64,000 nucleotides of DNA, from positions 5,766,001-5,830,000 of the forward strand of contig OZ024763.1 in NCBI GenBank assembly GCA_964016885.1. Direction: 5' to 3'. The notes beneath the pieces are model-generated. The model made no database searches and had not been told where the DNA came from. It worked only from the letters and a program-made list of their open reading frames with translations. Made by a program: the position numbers and the translations under genes. Positions 25,843 through 38,953 of this stretch are shown piece after piece. Each line of letters begins with the position of its first letter. Position 1 is the stretch's first letter. The stretch comes from Eledone cirrhosa (taxonomy: Eukaryota).

Positions 25843-27111
25843 CTGGGTGTACTACCACATCACAGAGTGGACTGTGTGCTTTTTACACATGGCACCAGTA
25901 TGTCCACATTACAGGGTGTGTATGCAAGAAGGGATAGGACAGGTCTTCACAGACCAACCCAGTAGTCAGTGGGTCTACTAACCTCTAAGGGGCCAGCTAG
26001 GCTCGTTTACACACTATCCCACTTTCTAAGTGCATTTTATCGTGACACCAGCACTAGGGAGGGTGTCAAGTCTTTGACACAACTGAAGGGTCCTCCCAAT
26101 CCTTTGTTTGGCATGCTTTCTACAGCTGGGTACCTTTCCTATCATCAACCACTTTACAGCATATACTGGATGCATTTATTGTGTAGATCAGCAACACTAG
26201 AGAAGGTGCCACACCGTTGGCATAACTGAAGGGTCCTCTTGACCCTTTCTGGTATGGTTTCTACTTCTACAGCAGGGTGCCCTTCCTATCACTAACTCTA
26301 TGGAGGTTACCATGTCCTTAACACAACTGAGGGGGTCCTCATAACCCTTTGTTTGACAACTTTCTACAGCTGGACACCCTTCCTATCACTAACCATGTTA
26401 CAGGGTGTACTGGGTGTGTTTACCATGGCACCAACTCTTGTGAGGTGGTTGGTTATTGTCCCAACAGAAGAGCCCTCTCTGCCCTGAGGTAAGGGTGGGC
26501 AGAGAGAGAGAATCTATATCTCACCCTCACTCTATATATCTCCTTTCCTCTGTCTCTCCTTATGTCTCTATCTCTCTTCCTCTCTATCTATCTCAAGACG
26601 TACCTCCACATACCACCACAATAACAACAATACCACCACTACCATCCCCACAGCAACAACAATAACACCACCACAACAACAGTAACACCACTACTACCAC
26701 CACCACAACAACACTACCCAGCTGTTGCTACTCACACTTTCTACTAACAAACATGTTGTACTCCAATCTTTCTTCCTCACTTTATTACATCTCTCCTCAT
26801 CTTCCCTCCTTCCTCTCTCTATCTCTCTCCATCTCCCTCTCCACCTCTCTCTATCTCTCTCCATCTCCCTCTCCACCTCACTCCCCCCTCTCTCCATCTC
26901 TCCCTACACCTCTCTCCTCACCTCTAACTTATACAAACCAATCAATAAGACAGGGTGGTAGTGTTGGTGGAGAAGTAGTGATGGTGGTGAAGGTGGTGGT
27001 GGTGCAGGACACTTAAGTTGTGGTGTTTATGTTTGTGTTTTATGAAGATTTTCTTTCTTTTAAGTTTAAAGCTACCTATGTCTTTATGCACCTGAGAGTG
27101 TGTGTGACTAT

Positions 27112-27560
27112 ATATTAAGTTGGACTGAAAGTTTTCAAATTATTGACTTTGGCGTTTTTAACCCTAGGAAAATTTTCCAAGTCAAAATAATCACCATCAT
27201 TTGCGATAATCGTCTGCAATCATTTAGGAAGGCACATGATTCCATCCCTATAGAATTCTTCTGGTTTTGATGCAAAAAATTCCGTCCGCCTCTGATTTAA
27301 CTGGTCTTCATTGGCGAAAGTCTATGACTGCATTGCATTGCTCATTCAGAGAAAACAAAAGGTGATAGTCTGTAGGTGGGAGGTCGGATAATATGACGGG
27401 TGGGGCAGAACCTCCCAACATAGTTCCTGCAGTTTCTCATGGGTCATCCTTGATGTGTGTGACCAACTGTTATCATGAAGGAATCAAACGACCGTGGTGC
27501 GAGTGCACCTGTGAGATTTTCACTGTTAATCTGTCAAGTTGTTGGCAATAGACATGAGAG
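27112..27560 (-). mobile_element. mariner transposase 3' relic with one TIR
   Basis: LHDN...KLQELCWEVLPHP...FFASKPEEFYRDGI...NDGDYF with frameshifts and stops; TATTAAGTTGG end. Confidence 0.8.
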
Positions 27561-28964
27561 GTTATGCTGGTGTTTGTTGTGAGCAGCTTGTAATGGATAA
27601 TTCCTTTCCAGTCCCACCAGCTGGATCAGTTGGAGACAGTTGCTCCTGATAGGTCCCATTGGAAGGGATGCTTGAGGACTCTGCCCTTATGAGCATCCCA
27701 AGAATAAGTGGGTGAAGATTTATACACACACACAGATAGGATATGGATGTAGAATTGGCACAGCCGATAGAGTTTAGGGAAAAAGAAAAGACATAAAATC
27801 TTTTAAGATGTATTGAAAATTCAAGATACACGAAGTTACTGGAACTAAAACACCATCATCCTCATAATTTTTACATCTGTTTTTGCACCCTTGCATGAGT
27901 TGAACAGGTCCTTCTCAGCACAGCATCTCTTCATGCTTTGTGTTCCTTCATCACCTTCGTCAACTCCTCTGTGAGTCTCAGTGATTTGAGGTTAGCTCTT
28001 ACTGCCTCTGCCCAGGTCCTTCCCTGTCTACCTCTAACGCAGCTTCCTTCCACTGGGATTTCCTGCCACTTCTTCACCTAGTGATTATTGTCCATGCTCA
28101 TCACATGTCCGAACCAACACAGTCTTCTCTCATGCACAACACCCCAGACTCCTCTTAATGTATATTACATAATTATTCAATATTACTCCTGCCAGCTTTA
28201 ATAATCTCCTCAGGGCGACGCTGGAATCAAGTTCAGGTGTGTTTCATGGTTACAGCTGACATATCTTGGAATGCCTAACAAATGTGCTGCTTCATCTCAT
28301 CCTTGGTGTTGCGGGCAGCCTTGTTGGTGACTCTCTCTATTTCTTCATTGTACTGTGTCGTTTGCTTTGTTATTTCTGTTTACCTTTTACACACACACAC
28401 ACACACACATATATTATATACTCAGTCCACACTGTAAAGTGGTCGTGTAGGTGACATGACAAAAAGGCATCCAGTACTCACTGTAAATGAGGTTGGTGTT
28501 AGGAAGGGCACCCAGCTGTAGAAATCAAGCCAGAATCAGTTCTGTATGAGCAAGACATGGTCACCTGACCTAACATTGCCCTCAACATGACAACCCGTCT
28601 AACCCATACTAGCGTAGAAAATGGACATAAAATGGTGATGATGATATGATCGATATTACTGTGTATTGATTAAAATTATCGTTATCATCATCACTATTTT
28701 ACGTTCATTTTCCATGCTAGCATGAGTTAGATGAGTTGTCCTGTTGTGGGCAATGCCAGGTCAGGTGACCATGTCTTGCTCATACAGAACTGATTTTGGC
28801 TAGAGTTCTACAGCTGGATGCCCTTCGTGACTCCTACATGACCACTTTACAGTGTGGGCTGGGGGCTTCACAGGAGGCATTTACTTTAGCCTGTCCTCAT
28901 GGGGGATGTATGAGGGGGTCATACTTTATATATGCTTCAGCTTTGGCCTGTACCCGTAGGAAGT

Positions 28965-30350
28965 CAGGTCTTCTGTATTACTATGTCATCGCCTTTGAGA
29001 GGGGCAATTGGGCATGGTCGGCTTTTATCACCTCATCCCAAGTTTTCCTGGGTCTCCCCACTCTACAGCTTCCATCGACTTTGAGCGCTCTGCATCTTGT
29101 TATGCAGTTGTTCTCCTTTATACGCATCAGATGTTTGTACCAACCTAATCTCCTCTCCTGCCCACAGCATTTGATTCCTCTTATGCCTAGTTTGTCTCTC
29201 AGTTCGTTTATGCTTCGCCATTGTCATAAGTTACTATTACACATCTATTGGAGCATGCAAGCTTCATTCTTTCCAATCCATGCAAGTCTTCTACACACAG
29301 CATGCAGGTCTCGCTACCATGCAACATTGCTGTTCATATGCATGCATCATACAGTTTGCCTTCCATTTTGAGGGGAAAGCCTTTGCAGCTAGCAGTGGTA
29401 CTAGCTCCCTGAACTTCTTCCATGCTGTTCTTACTCTGGCTACTGTACTTTCAGAACTCGCACCTCCGCTGCTAATTCAGTCACTTAGCTAGCAGAAGCT
29501 GTCTACTGTTTCTATCAAGCTCTCCCAGAATTTGGCAGCGCTTGTTTTCTGTGGTCGTTTGCTGCTTACTGTCCCGGTGCAGCTGCTACATGTAAAGCCT
29601 ACATTCTTAACTAAACTTCCTGAGATCCCATTACATCTCTTGTGCACCCATAGTTTGCATTTGGGGCAGAGGATGGAATTTCTACCTACACCTTTCCTAC
29701 ATACTAAGCAGGGCCATTTCCCTGAGGGGATCTGGGTTCTGTTCTCTCTTCTACTTACTAAGATCTTAGTCTTTGCCAGGTTGACTTTAAGACCCCTTCT
29801 TTCTAGGCCCTGCTTCCATGTTTGGAATTTCTTCTCTAGTTCTGCCATAGATTCAGCTATGAGTGTAAGATCAGCTGCCTACAGGAGTTCCCATGGGCAG
29901 CCGGTCTTAAACACCTCTGTTACAGCCTGCAATACAATGATAAACAGGAGAAGGCTTACAACAGTGCCTTGGTGGACACCAACCTGTATGCTAAATTCCT
30001 CGCTATAGTCATTGCTAACCCTAACTTTGCTGACTGCTCCTCTATAATGTACCCTCTTCCCTCGTTCTTCCATTGTTTCCATGCCTGTCTCTTAGCCTTA
30101 ATTTTTCTCATCTATCTTATTGTTCCACCTTCTTTCTTCCTGTAGTCTTGCTCCAACCACTGATCTCATCTTTCGCCTTTAGTAGGTTATTTTTTAGGAA
30201 CTCCCAGTGCTGTTCTATATTGAGTGTCTCTATCTGTTCTTTACTGTTGTAAGCGTCAAGTAAAATGTTTCTTAATCTGTTTCTAGCTGAGGGCTCTTAC
30301 AGCTTCCAGATCTTTCTTCTCCAGGTTGCCTTCTGTTTCCAAGTTCGTCT
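28965..30350 (-). mobile_element. RTE LINE relic (RT + PHD-like finger + 3' part)
   Basis: GVHQG, GLKVNLAKTK, CLVC..CPKC..WVHKRC..CSSC; stops. Confidence 0.9.
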
Positions 30351-30659
30351 ATCTCTGATAATGAAGTCACTAACTACTAGTTTATGTTGGGAGGTACATT
30401 CCTCGCCAGGGAAGGCTTTTGTCTTCACAACCGTCGATCTCTCTCGTCCTCTGGTAAGGATAAAATCAACTGACTATATATATATATATATATATAGCCA
30501 GAATCAGTCCTGTATGAGCAAGACATGGTCACCATGCTAGTGAGGAAAATGGACGTAAGACGGTGGTGGTGATGATATATGTATATATACGCAAATATAT
30601 ATGAGCGAGACACGGTCACCCGACCCAACTTGCCTCTAAATGGGACAAACCCATATTGG

Positions 30660-31470
30660 TAGGCGTGTCTTCTGTATTACTACATAACGCCAAAGATCTC
30701 GATTCTGTGTCATCTTTAAGAGGTGCAATTACCCAAGGTCAGCTTTTATCATCTCATCCTGGGTCTTCCTACTCCATTGCTACCATCAATTTTGATCACC
30801 CTGCACCTTTTTATTCAACTGTCATCCTTCATACGCATCACATGACCCTACCAACGCAATCTCCTCTCTCAATTACTGCATCTGATCCCTAATTTCTCTC
30901 TTAGTTCAATTACACTTTGCTGTTCATGTATATTACAAATCCATCGGAGAATGCATGCTTCATTTCTTTCGAATCTTCACAGGTCCTCTGCACACAGCTC
31001 TCACTACCATGTAACATTGCTGTTAATATACATGCATCGTACAATCTGCCCTTCATTGTTAGAGAAAAACCTTTTGTAGCTAACAGCGGTTTTAGCTCTT
31101 TGAATTTTCTCCATCCCATTTTTACTGTGGCTACTGTACATTTGGAACACCCCCCTCCACTGCTGATTTCATCACCCAGGTAACGGAAAGTGTCAACGAT
31201 TTCTATAGAGCCGTCAGGGCATTTGAAGAAGCTAGTATCCTGTGGGCACTTGCTACTTACTGCACCTGAGCATCGGCCACATATAAAATCTACGTTCTTT
31301 GATAGCTTGCCTGTGATCCCACTACATCTTTTATGTACCAATAGCTTGCATTTGGGACATAGAATGGAATTTCTACCAACTCCTTTCCTACATATTGAGC
31401 AAGACCATTTCCCAGTGGGAATCTGGGCCCTATTTTCCTTTCTACATACTAGAATTTTATATAGTGGTAA
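30660..31470 (-). mobile_element. Second RTE LINE relic of the same family
   Basis: CSIC..CPKC..HKRC..CGRC, FRYLG, KGRLYDAC..MLHGSE. Confidence 0.9.
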
Positions 31471-32070
31471 GAAACGTTCAGGAGAGCTGGACAGCAGGTC
31501 TTCAGTGAAGAACCACCCTAAGTGAGTATTTTGGCCTTTAACTATATAGTTATATATATCAGTAATTTGGCTGCCACTGCTGACCAACCAGCAGAGAGGG
31601 CATTTGGTTAAGTGTCGAAACACCCAATGAATGTTGGACACCATCAGATGACATCAACGCCTCCTGACTAAGAGAGAGAGAGATTAGCTGGGAAATATCT
31701 TGCGGATCTCACCTGGTGAGACATTGTTTAATGTGTTAGAAATAGCAGCCAAATACCACCTGGTGAGACATTGTTTAATGTGTTAGAAATAGCAGCCAAA
31801 TACTACCTGGTGCTTGGCCAGCAGCTTAGAAAGAGGTGGTGGTGAGGATGGAGGACGAGGTGAGAACTGACAAGTAAATTTCAAACCTAATGTGTGTGTG
31901 TCAGCTCTACATATGATTGAGAAAATAACCTTGTATATTATAACCAATAATAATAATTGTTTCTACTTTTGGCACAAGGCCAGCAATTGCCCAGTGCATT
32001 ACTGGTATAATAATGATAGCAGCTATTGGGGTCTTGTGGAATGTAAGAATTCTGTGGTGTGTGACTATAT

Positions 32071-32113
<43 letters not shown>

Positions 32114-32783
32114 ATGTATATGTGTGTGTCTGTTAGGTCTGGTGGACTGTGTGTGTGTTTATATACACACACACACACACGTGTTTGAGAGAGAGTAGGG
32201 GTGTATAGACAATATATATATGGTGTGTATGGTCTCTATATAATGTGTGTTAGGTCTGGTAGACTGTGTGTGTATATATATACACACACTCACACACATG
32301 TATGTGAGAGAGTGGCTGTGGGGTGTATGGACCATATATATATATAGGTGTGTGTGTGAGGGAGAGGTGTAGTGCGGTGTTGAATGTGGGGGTTTACAAA
32401 TTATGTGTGGGTGTGAGGGAGAGGTGTGAAGATGGAGACATTGACAAAGGTCAGAAACCAGAATGACACCCTCGGGTTTAATAGTTTAGAGAGAGAGAGA
32501 GAGAGAGAGAGAGGTGAAGGTATCTTAAGATTGTTGCCCCCTTTCATCCACCCACCAACCAACACTTGTTAGGTCCATTACTGGGGGGAGGAGGAGTCCT
32601 TAATTAAATTGCTCCTTCAGAACTTGACAGAACAAATGGCAACGATAATAATTGTTTCTACTTTTGGCACAAGGCCAGCAATTACCTCAGTGCATTACTG
32701 GTACTTTATTTTATCGACCCCGTAAGGATGAAAGGCAAAGTTGAACTCAGAATGGCAAGGACCGTAACTCGATGCGTCAAAGC

Positions 32784-33457
32784 ATGGCGTCCGACCCTCT
32801 ACCGATACTGCCAATATACCACCCAAACATGGCGTCCGACCCTCTACCGATACTGCCAATCCACCACCCAAACATGGCGTCCGACCCTCTACCGATACTG
32901 CCAATCCACCGCCCAAACATGGCGTCCGACCCTCTACCGATACTGCCAATCCACCGCCCAAACATGGCGTCCGACCCTCTACCGATACTGCCAATCCACC
33001 GCCCAAACATGGCGTCCGACCCTCTACCGATACTGCCAATCCACCGCCCAAACATGGCGTCCGACCCTCTACCGATACTGCCAATCCACCGCCCAAACAT
33101 GGCGTCCGACCCTCTACCGATACTGCCAATCCACCGCCCAAACATGGCGTCCGACCCTCTACCGATACTGCCAATCCACCGCCCAAACATGGCGTCCGAC
33201 CCTCTACCGATACTGCCAATCCACCGCCAAAACATGGCGTCCGACCCTCTACCGATACTGCCAATCCACCGCCCAAACATGGCGTCCGACCCTCTACCGA
33301 TACTGCCAATCCACCGCCCAAACATGGCGTCCGACCCTCTACCGATACTGCCAATCCACCGCCCAAACATGGCGTCCGACCCTCTACCGATACTGCCAAT
33401 CCACCGCCCAAACATGGCGTCCGACCCTCTACCGATACTGCCAATCCACCGCCCAAA
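32784..33457. repeat. 45-bp minisatellite from a SINE head, 15 copies
   Basis: ATGGCGTCCGACCCTCTACCGATACTGCCAATCCACCGCCCAAAC, nearly invariant. Confidence 0.95.
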
Positions 33458-34338
33458 TGGCAACAATAATAACGATGATGACTTCATTTATTGGCCACAA
33501 GGGCTGACATATAGGGGTCAATGAAAAGACAGGGACAATGGGGGGGGTGGGGGTTACAATAAAATTGACTGGAAATACACAATAACAAAACCAATTTAGC
33601 AATGAAAAAATAAAAAAAATATAATATATATAAATATAACAAAATAAATCCCCCAATAGGGGGGTGAACCACCAATTCTGAACACCCGACACCTCAAGTT
33701 CAAATCCTGCTGAAGTTAGCTTTGCCTTTCACCCTTACGGGGGTCGATAAAATAAGGTACCAGTAACACACTGGGGTAGATTTAATCGACTTTCTCTCTT
33801 CCCCCAAAATTGTTGGCCTTGTGTCTAAATCAGAAACATAAAACAATGATGATGATGTTTCTGATTTAGGTACAAGGCCAACAATTTTGGGGGAAGAGAA
33901 AGTTGATTAAATCTACCCCAGTGTGTTACTCGTACTTTATTTATTGACCCCTGTAAGTATGAAAGGCAAAGCTAACCTCGGCTGAATTTGAACTGAGAAC
34001 ATAAAGGGCTGTAACTCTATGCCGCTAAGTATATTGTCCAACGCTCTACCGATTACTGCCAATCCACTGCCCTTTTATATTGATTTCTAATTTAGGCACA
34101 AAGCCAATAAATTTGGGGCAAGGGCAAAGTTGAACAAGTCAACTCCAGTATGTAACTGGTACTATATTTTATCAACCATGGAAGGAGGAAAGGTAAAACA
34201 AACTTCGGTGGGATTTGAACTCCGAACATTAAGGGCTGTAACTACAGTAGCAATCAAAATAAGGGAACAATAAATTATCTTTTCATTATTTATTTTATTT
34301 GACAAAATTTTCCCTTTAGAATTAGGATATTTGTAGTA

Positions 34339-34506
34339 CAGGTAAAATTCTGTTATAACGAATACCATTGTAACAAAATGTTTTTCGATCCCCGAGGTAA
34401 TAAACAAATGCTTGATTTGTTTTGGTCAATCTTGTTATAAAGAATTTTTCCTTATAACAAATTCTTTTTTATACTCTGTCAATTTCGTTATTATGGAAGT
34501 TCACTG
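34339..34506. mobile_element. Tigger/pogo-like MITE nested in the left Tc1 TIR
   Basis: TA|CAGGTAAAATTCTGTTATAACGA ... TCGTTATTATGGAAGTTCACTG|TA. Confidence 0.65.
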
Positions 34507-36241
34507 TATATATACGTCTTGTGCTAAACTATTTTCTAAATAATCAAGGATATTAAAAAGATATTAATGATATACCTTTAATTTTAAAAAAATACAATGA
34601 TCAAAATAAAAGACCTCTAGTGATTTTTTTTTTTTTTTTTTTTTTTAATATTTTCGGGTAATTACCTGAATTTTCTAGAAATATCTGGTAACACTTGTCA
34701 ACAGGGTCACGTTACCAATATGTTCCATTTTCCTATCAACTCACGCAAGCTGTTGACCCATTCCAAGGTAATTGAAGCCCTCTGACTTCAGCTCGTTCAG
34801 ATTAAGAGTGATGGACTCTCTTACGGCCATTGAAGGGAAGTTAGCAGTTCTAAATGTGTAATAGCGAGGATATTGAAATTGCATAATGAAACCAACTCAT
34901 TCGTGTCTACAAAGAAGGCCAACCATCCACGTCAACGAGAGGCCCATATGATCCACAGAATGTCTATAGGGAACCACTTTGACACTGCAGCTGGAATATC
35001 TCGACAAATCAGAGCTAATTTGTGCAAGGAAATGTCTTGGGTGTACAGTCATCGTCTGGCAGAAGTTGGATTGAAAGCCCACTCTTCAGCGATGAAACCT
35101 CTTATCAGCAATAAAACTAAAACTGATAGACTTGCCTTTGCTGAGAAGAATGTTGTGTGGACTGAAAAAAAATTGGTCCAAAGTTCATTTTAGTGATGAA
35201 AGCAAGTTTAATTTGGTTGGTTAAGTAGGTAACCAATATGTAAGACGTAAAACTGGGGGAAGACTTCTAAGTCTCAAAAAGTGTGTAACATTCAGAGGAG
35301 GCAGTGTCATGGTTTGGGGAATGTTCTCAGCAGCCAGAGTGGGGCCTCTCATATGCTTAAATGGTACTGTTAATGCTAATGTGTACCAGAACCGCCATCA
35401 GCAACATGTCATTCCCTCTTTACAGGTTTCTCCCAATCAACCAGCCATTCTTATGCAAGATAATGCTCCGTACCACACTACAAAGCAACTGAAGAAATTT
35501 CTCGAAGAAGAGGAAACAGAAGTTTTGAAATGGCCAGCCCAGAGTCCCGATTTAAATCCAATACGTTTGGAAGATCAATAGGGAAAAAGTCATGGCGAAA
35601 AAACCAGCTAAAACCACTGAAATTTGGAAGAAACTGGAGGAAGGGTGGAATAATATCTCTCCAAAACTGTGCAATACGATGGTGACTTCATATGGATGCA
35701 GATGAGCCGAAGTCATCCAAAGCAAGGGCCTATACACTTCCTATTAATGTTTGGGAATACATAAACCCTAGTTTGTAGACCAAATCTCATGTTTAATTGT
35801 GTTTTCATAAAGATTATGTTTCCGTTCTCTTATTTTGATGACTGTATTATTTCAAAATTAAAGGTATATCATTAATATCTTGTTTATACCTTGATTATTT
35901 AGAAAATATTTTAGACAGATATCATCAGCATTAACGCCTATCTTCCATGATAGTATGGGTTAGACGGGTTTGTCCTAATTAGAGGCAAGTTGGGTCGGGT
36001 GACCATGTCTTGCTCATATAGGAGAGTTTCTGGCTGGTTTTCTACGGCCGGATGCCCTTCCTAACGCCAACCACAGTGACTGTGTGCTGGGTGCTTTTTG
36101 CCGTGTCTTTTACACGTCCACTTTACAGTGTAGGCCGGGTGTTTTGGGGCTGGTTTTCTACTGCTGGATGCCCCTCTTAATGCCAACCACATTGACAGTG
36201 AGTGCTGGGTGCTTTTTGTCGTGACACCTACACGATAGGAA

Positions 36242-36361
36242 ATGCTTACAGCACCTAGGTTTCCCAAGCGGTCACTCATCTAAATACTAACTAGGCTGGA
36301 TGTTGCTTAACTTCAGTGATTGGACAAGAACCGGTGTTTTCAACGTGATATGGCCGTAAAC
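36242..36361 (-). rRNA. 5S rRNA: Dispersed 5S rRNA copy, probably a pseudogene
   Basis: GTTTACGGCCATATCACGTTGAAAACACCGG...GAAGTTAAGC...TTAGTA...GTGACCGCTTGGGAA...GTGCTGTAAGC; several CpG-type transitions; only TTT at the 3' end. Confidence 0.9.
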
Positions 36362-37211
36362 AAATATATATAAAAACAGATATATATACTACAAATATTC
36401 TTTCAAATTTTAAAGGAAAAATGTTGTCAAATAAGAAAAATAATGAAAAATTAATTTATCGTTCTCTTATTTTGATCTCTACTGTATATGACACAAAGCA
36501 TGTTGTCTGGCGCTCTACTGATTACTGCCAATATACAGAAGGTAGAAGGTGGTAATGGTGGTTGATAAATGTAACAATAAGGTTGGGTACATAATTCTTT
36601 AATAACTTTCAACTATCTAGAACAGTTAATAGCAGTAATTTTAATGTGGCTATCATTGGGACATGTCTGTTTGTGTGGTGTTAATGTTGGTATGTTTGAG
36701 ACGTGTGTGTATGACATGTGAGGTGTGTGTGTGTGTGTGTATATGTTGTATGTGTTTCTTGTTGCGTGTGTGTAATGTGAGGTGTGGTATATCTGTGTGT
36801 ATGTTGTATATATATATATGTGTGTGTGGTGTATGTGTTATGGTATATGTGTGTGTGGTGTATGTGTTATGGTATGTGTGTGGTGTGGTATATGTGTTAT
36901 GGTATGTATGTGATGTGGTATTATGGTATGTATATGATGTGGTGTATGTATGTGTATAGAGTGTGTTTGAGGGGAGGGGGAACTAACCCCTACTTCCCTA
37001 AAGTACCTCAAATCAATTATATAGGAAATATTGCTGTCATTTTTCTGTCAAAATGGAGGACATGTGGTGGGGCTGTGTATGTGTCTGTATATGTTTGTGT
37101 GTCTATATAAATATGTGTGTCTGTATATGTATGGGAAGGTGTGTGGCTAAGTGGTAACAGTGTTTTCATCTGACAATTCTAAGGTTGTAAGTTCAATTCC
37201 TGACAGTGCAT

Positions 37212-38455
37212 TGTGTCCTTGAGCAAGCCACTCTATTTTATGTTGCTCCAGTCCACTATGTCCTGAGCAAGACACTTTATTTCACATTGCTCCAGTCCAC
37301 TATGTTGTTGAGCAAGACACTTTATTTCACATTGCTCCAGTCCACTATGTTGTTGAGCAAGACACTTTATTTCACATTGCTCCAGTCCACTATGTTGTTG
37401 AGCAAGACACTTTATTTCACATTGCTCCAGTCCACTATGTTGTTGAGCAAGACACTTTATTTCACATTGCTCCAGTCCACTATGTTGTTGAGCAAGACAC
37501 TTTATTTCACATTGCTCCAGTCCACTATGTTGTTGAGCAAGAGACTTTATTTCACATTGCTCCAGTCCACTATGTTGTTGAGCAAGACACTTTATTTCAC
37601 ATTGCTCCAGTCCACTATGTTGTTGAGCAAGAGACTTTATTTCACATTGCTCCAGTCCACTGTCCTTGAGCAAGACACTTTATTTGACATTGCTCCAGTC
37701 CACTGTCCTTGAGCAAGACACTTTATTTTATGTTGCTCCAGTCCACTGTCCTTGAGCAAGACACTTTATATCACATTGTTCCAGTCCACTGTGTCCTTGA
37801 ACAAGACACTATTTTATGTTGCTCCAGTCCACTGTGTCCTTGAGCAAGACACTCTATTTTATGTTGCTCCAGTCCACTATGTCCTTGAACAAGACACTTT
37901 ATTTTATGTTGCTCCAGTCCGCTGTCCTTGAGCAAGACACTTTATTTCACATTGCTCCAGTCCACTATGTCCTTGAGCAAGACACCTTATTTGACATTGC
38001 TCCAGTCCACTATGTCCTTGAGCAAGAGACTTTATTTCACATTGCTCCAGTCCGCTGTCCTTGAGCAAGACACTTTATTTCACATTGCTCCAGTCCACTA
38101 TGTCCTTGAGCAAGACACCTTATTTGACATTGCTCCAGTCCACTGTCCTTGAGCAAGACACTATTTTATGTTGCTCCAGTCCACTGTCCTTGAGCAAGAC
38201 ACTTTATTTTATGTTGCTCCAGTCCACTGTGTCCTTGAACAAGACACTCTATTTTATGTTGCTCCTGTTCACTGTGTCCTTGAGCAAGACACTTTATTTC
38301 ACATTGCTCCAGTCTACTGTGTCCTTGAGCAAGACACTTTATTTCACATTGCTCCAGTCCACTATCTCCTTGAGCAAGACACTTTATTTCACATTGCTCC
38401 AGTCCACTATGTCCTTGAGCAAGACACTTTATTTTATGTTGCTCCTGTCCACTCA
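37212..38455. repeat. 45-47-bp minisatellite from a SINE body
   Basis: TTGAGCAAGACACTTTATTTCACATTGCTCCAGTCCACTATG, preceded by the SINE head at 37137-37210. Confidence 0.93.
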
Positions 38456-38559
38456 GCTGGCAAAAAGGAATGTCCCTGAGAACTACACTAAGGATTCACG
38501 TCTCTGTGTACTCCAGATGGATGGGTGGAGCCAGAGTCCTTTGTTAAGTTATGTTCCAT

Positions 38560-38600
<41 letters not shown>

Positions 38601-38734
38601 CCCAGGTCTTTTGTTAAGTTATGTTCCCAACAACAACCTAATGAGAGAGTTAGTGTTATATATTGATATATCTGTTGATTTAGGAAGACGTGGAATTAAC
38701 AATATTACAACTACATCATCATCATCATCATCAT

Positions 38735-38950
38735 TTAACCCTTTAACATTTACATTACTCTATATTTACTATTATATTTTCATGGTAAAGGTTTTATCTC
38801 ACATAATATCGAATCTATGAGATTTTGATATTATTTATTTTGAGAACAATACCTTAACATCAGTATGAGTGGTCAATTTTGGCTGGTTTGAATAGAAAGA
38901 GTTGAGAGAATTCTGACTGGATACAGCCAGTTTAAATGCTAAAGGATTAA
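38735..38950. mobile_element. piggyBac-like TTAA MITE
   Basis: TTAA-CCCTTTA..CATTTA ... TAAATGCTAAAGG.-TTAA ends; copies at 9.7-9.9, 10.9-11.1, 44.25-44.67, 44.78-44.99 kb. Confidence 0.7.
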
Positions 38951-38953
38951 TAT

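Larger units (their letters stand above)
34245..36484 (+). mobile_element. Degenerate Tc1-family DNA transposon with long IR/DR-type TIRs
   Basis: TA|CAGTAG..ATCAAAATAAG / CTTATTTTGAT..CTACTG|TA ends; inner repeats near 34595 and 35825-35845; broken transposase with VMVWG, QDNAPYH, WPAQSPDLNPI (34873-35745). Confidence 0.88.

Noticed and set aside
25280-25981. Three ORFs of 196-233 aa
   Set aside because: 46-bp tandem repeat cycling through frames
31585-31605. CTCF site CCAGCAGAGAGGGCA
   Set aside because: Needs a 2-nt gap to fit the consensus
32695-33524. Four overlapping 236-259 aa ORFs
   Set aside because: Translations of a 45-bp SINE-derived tandem repeat
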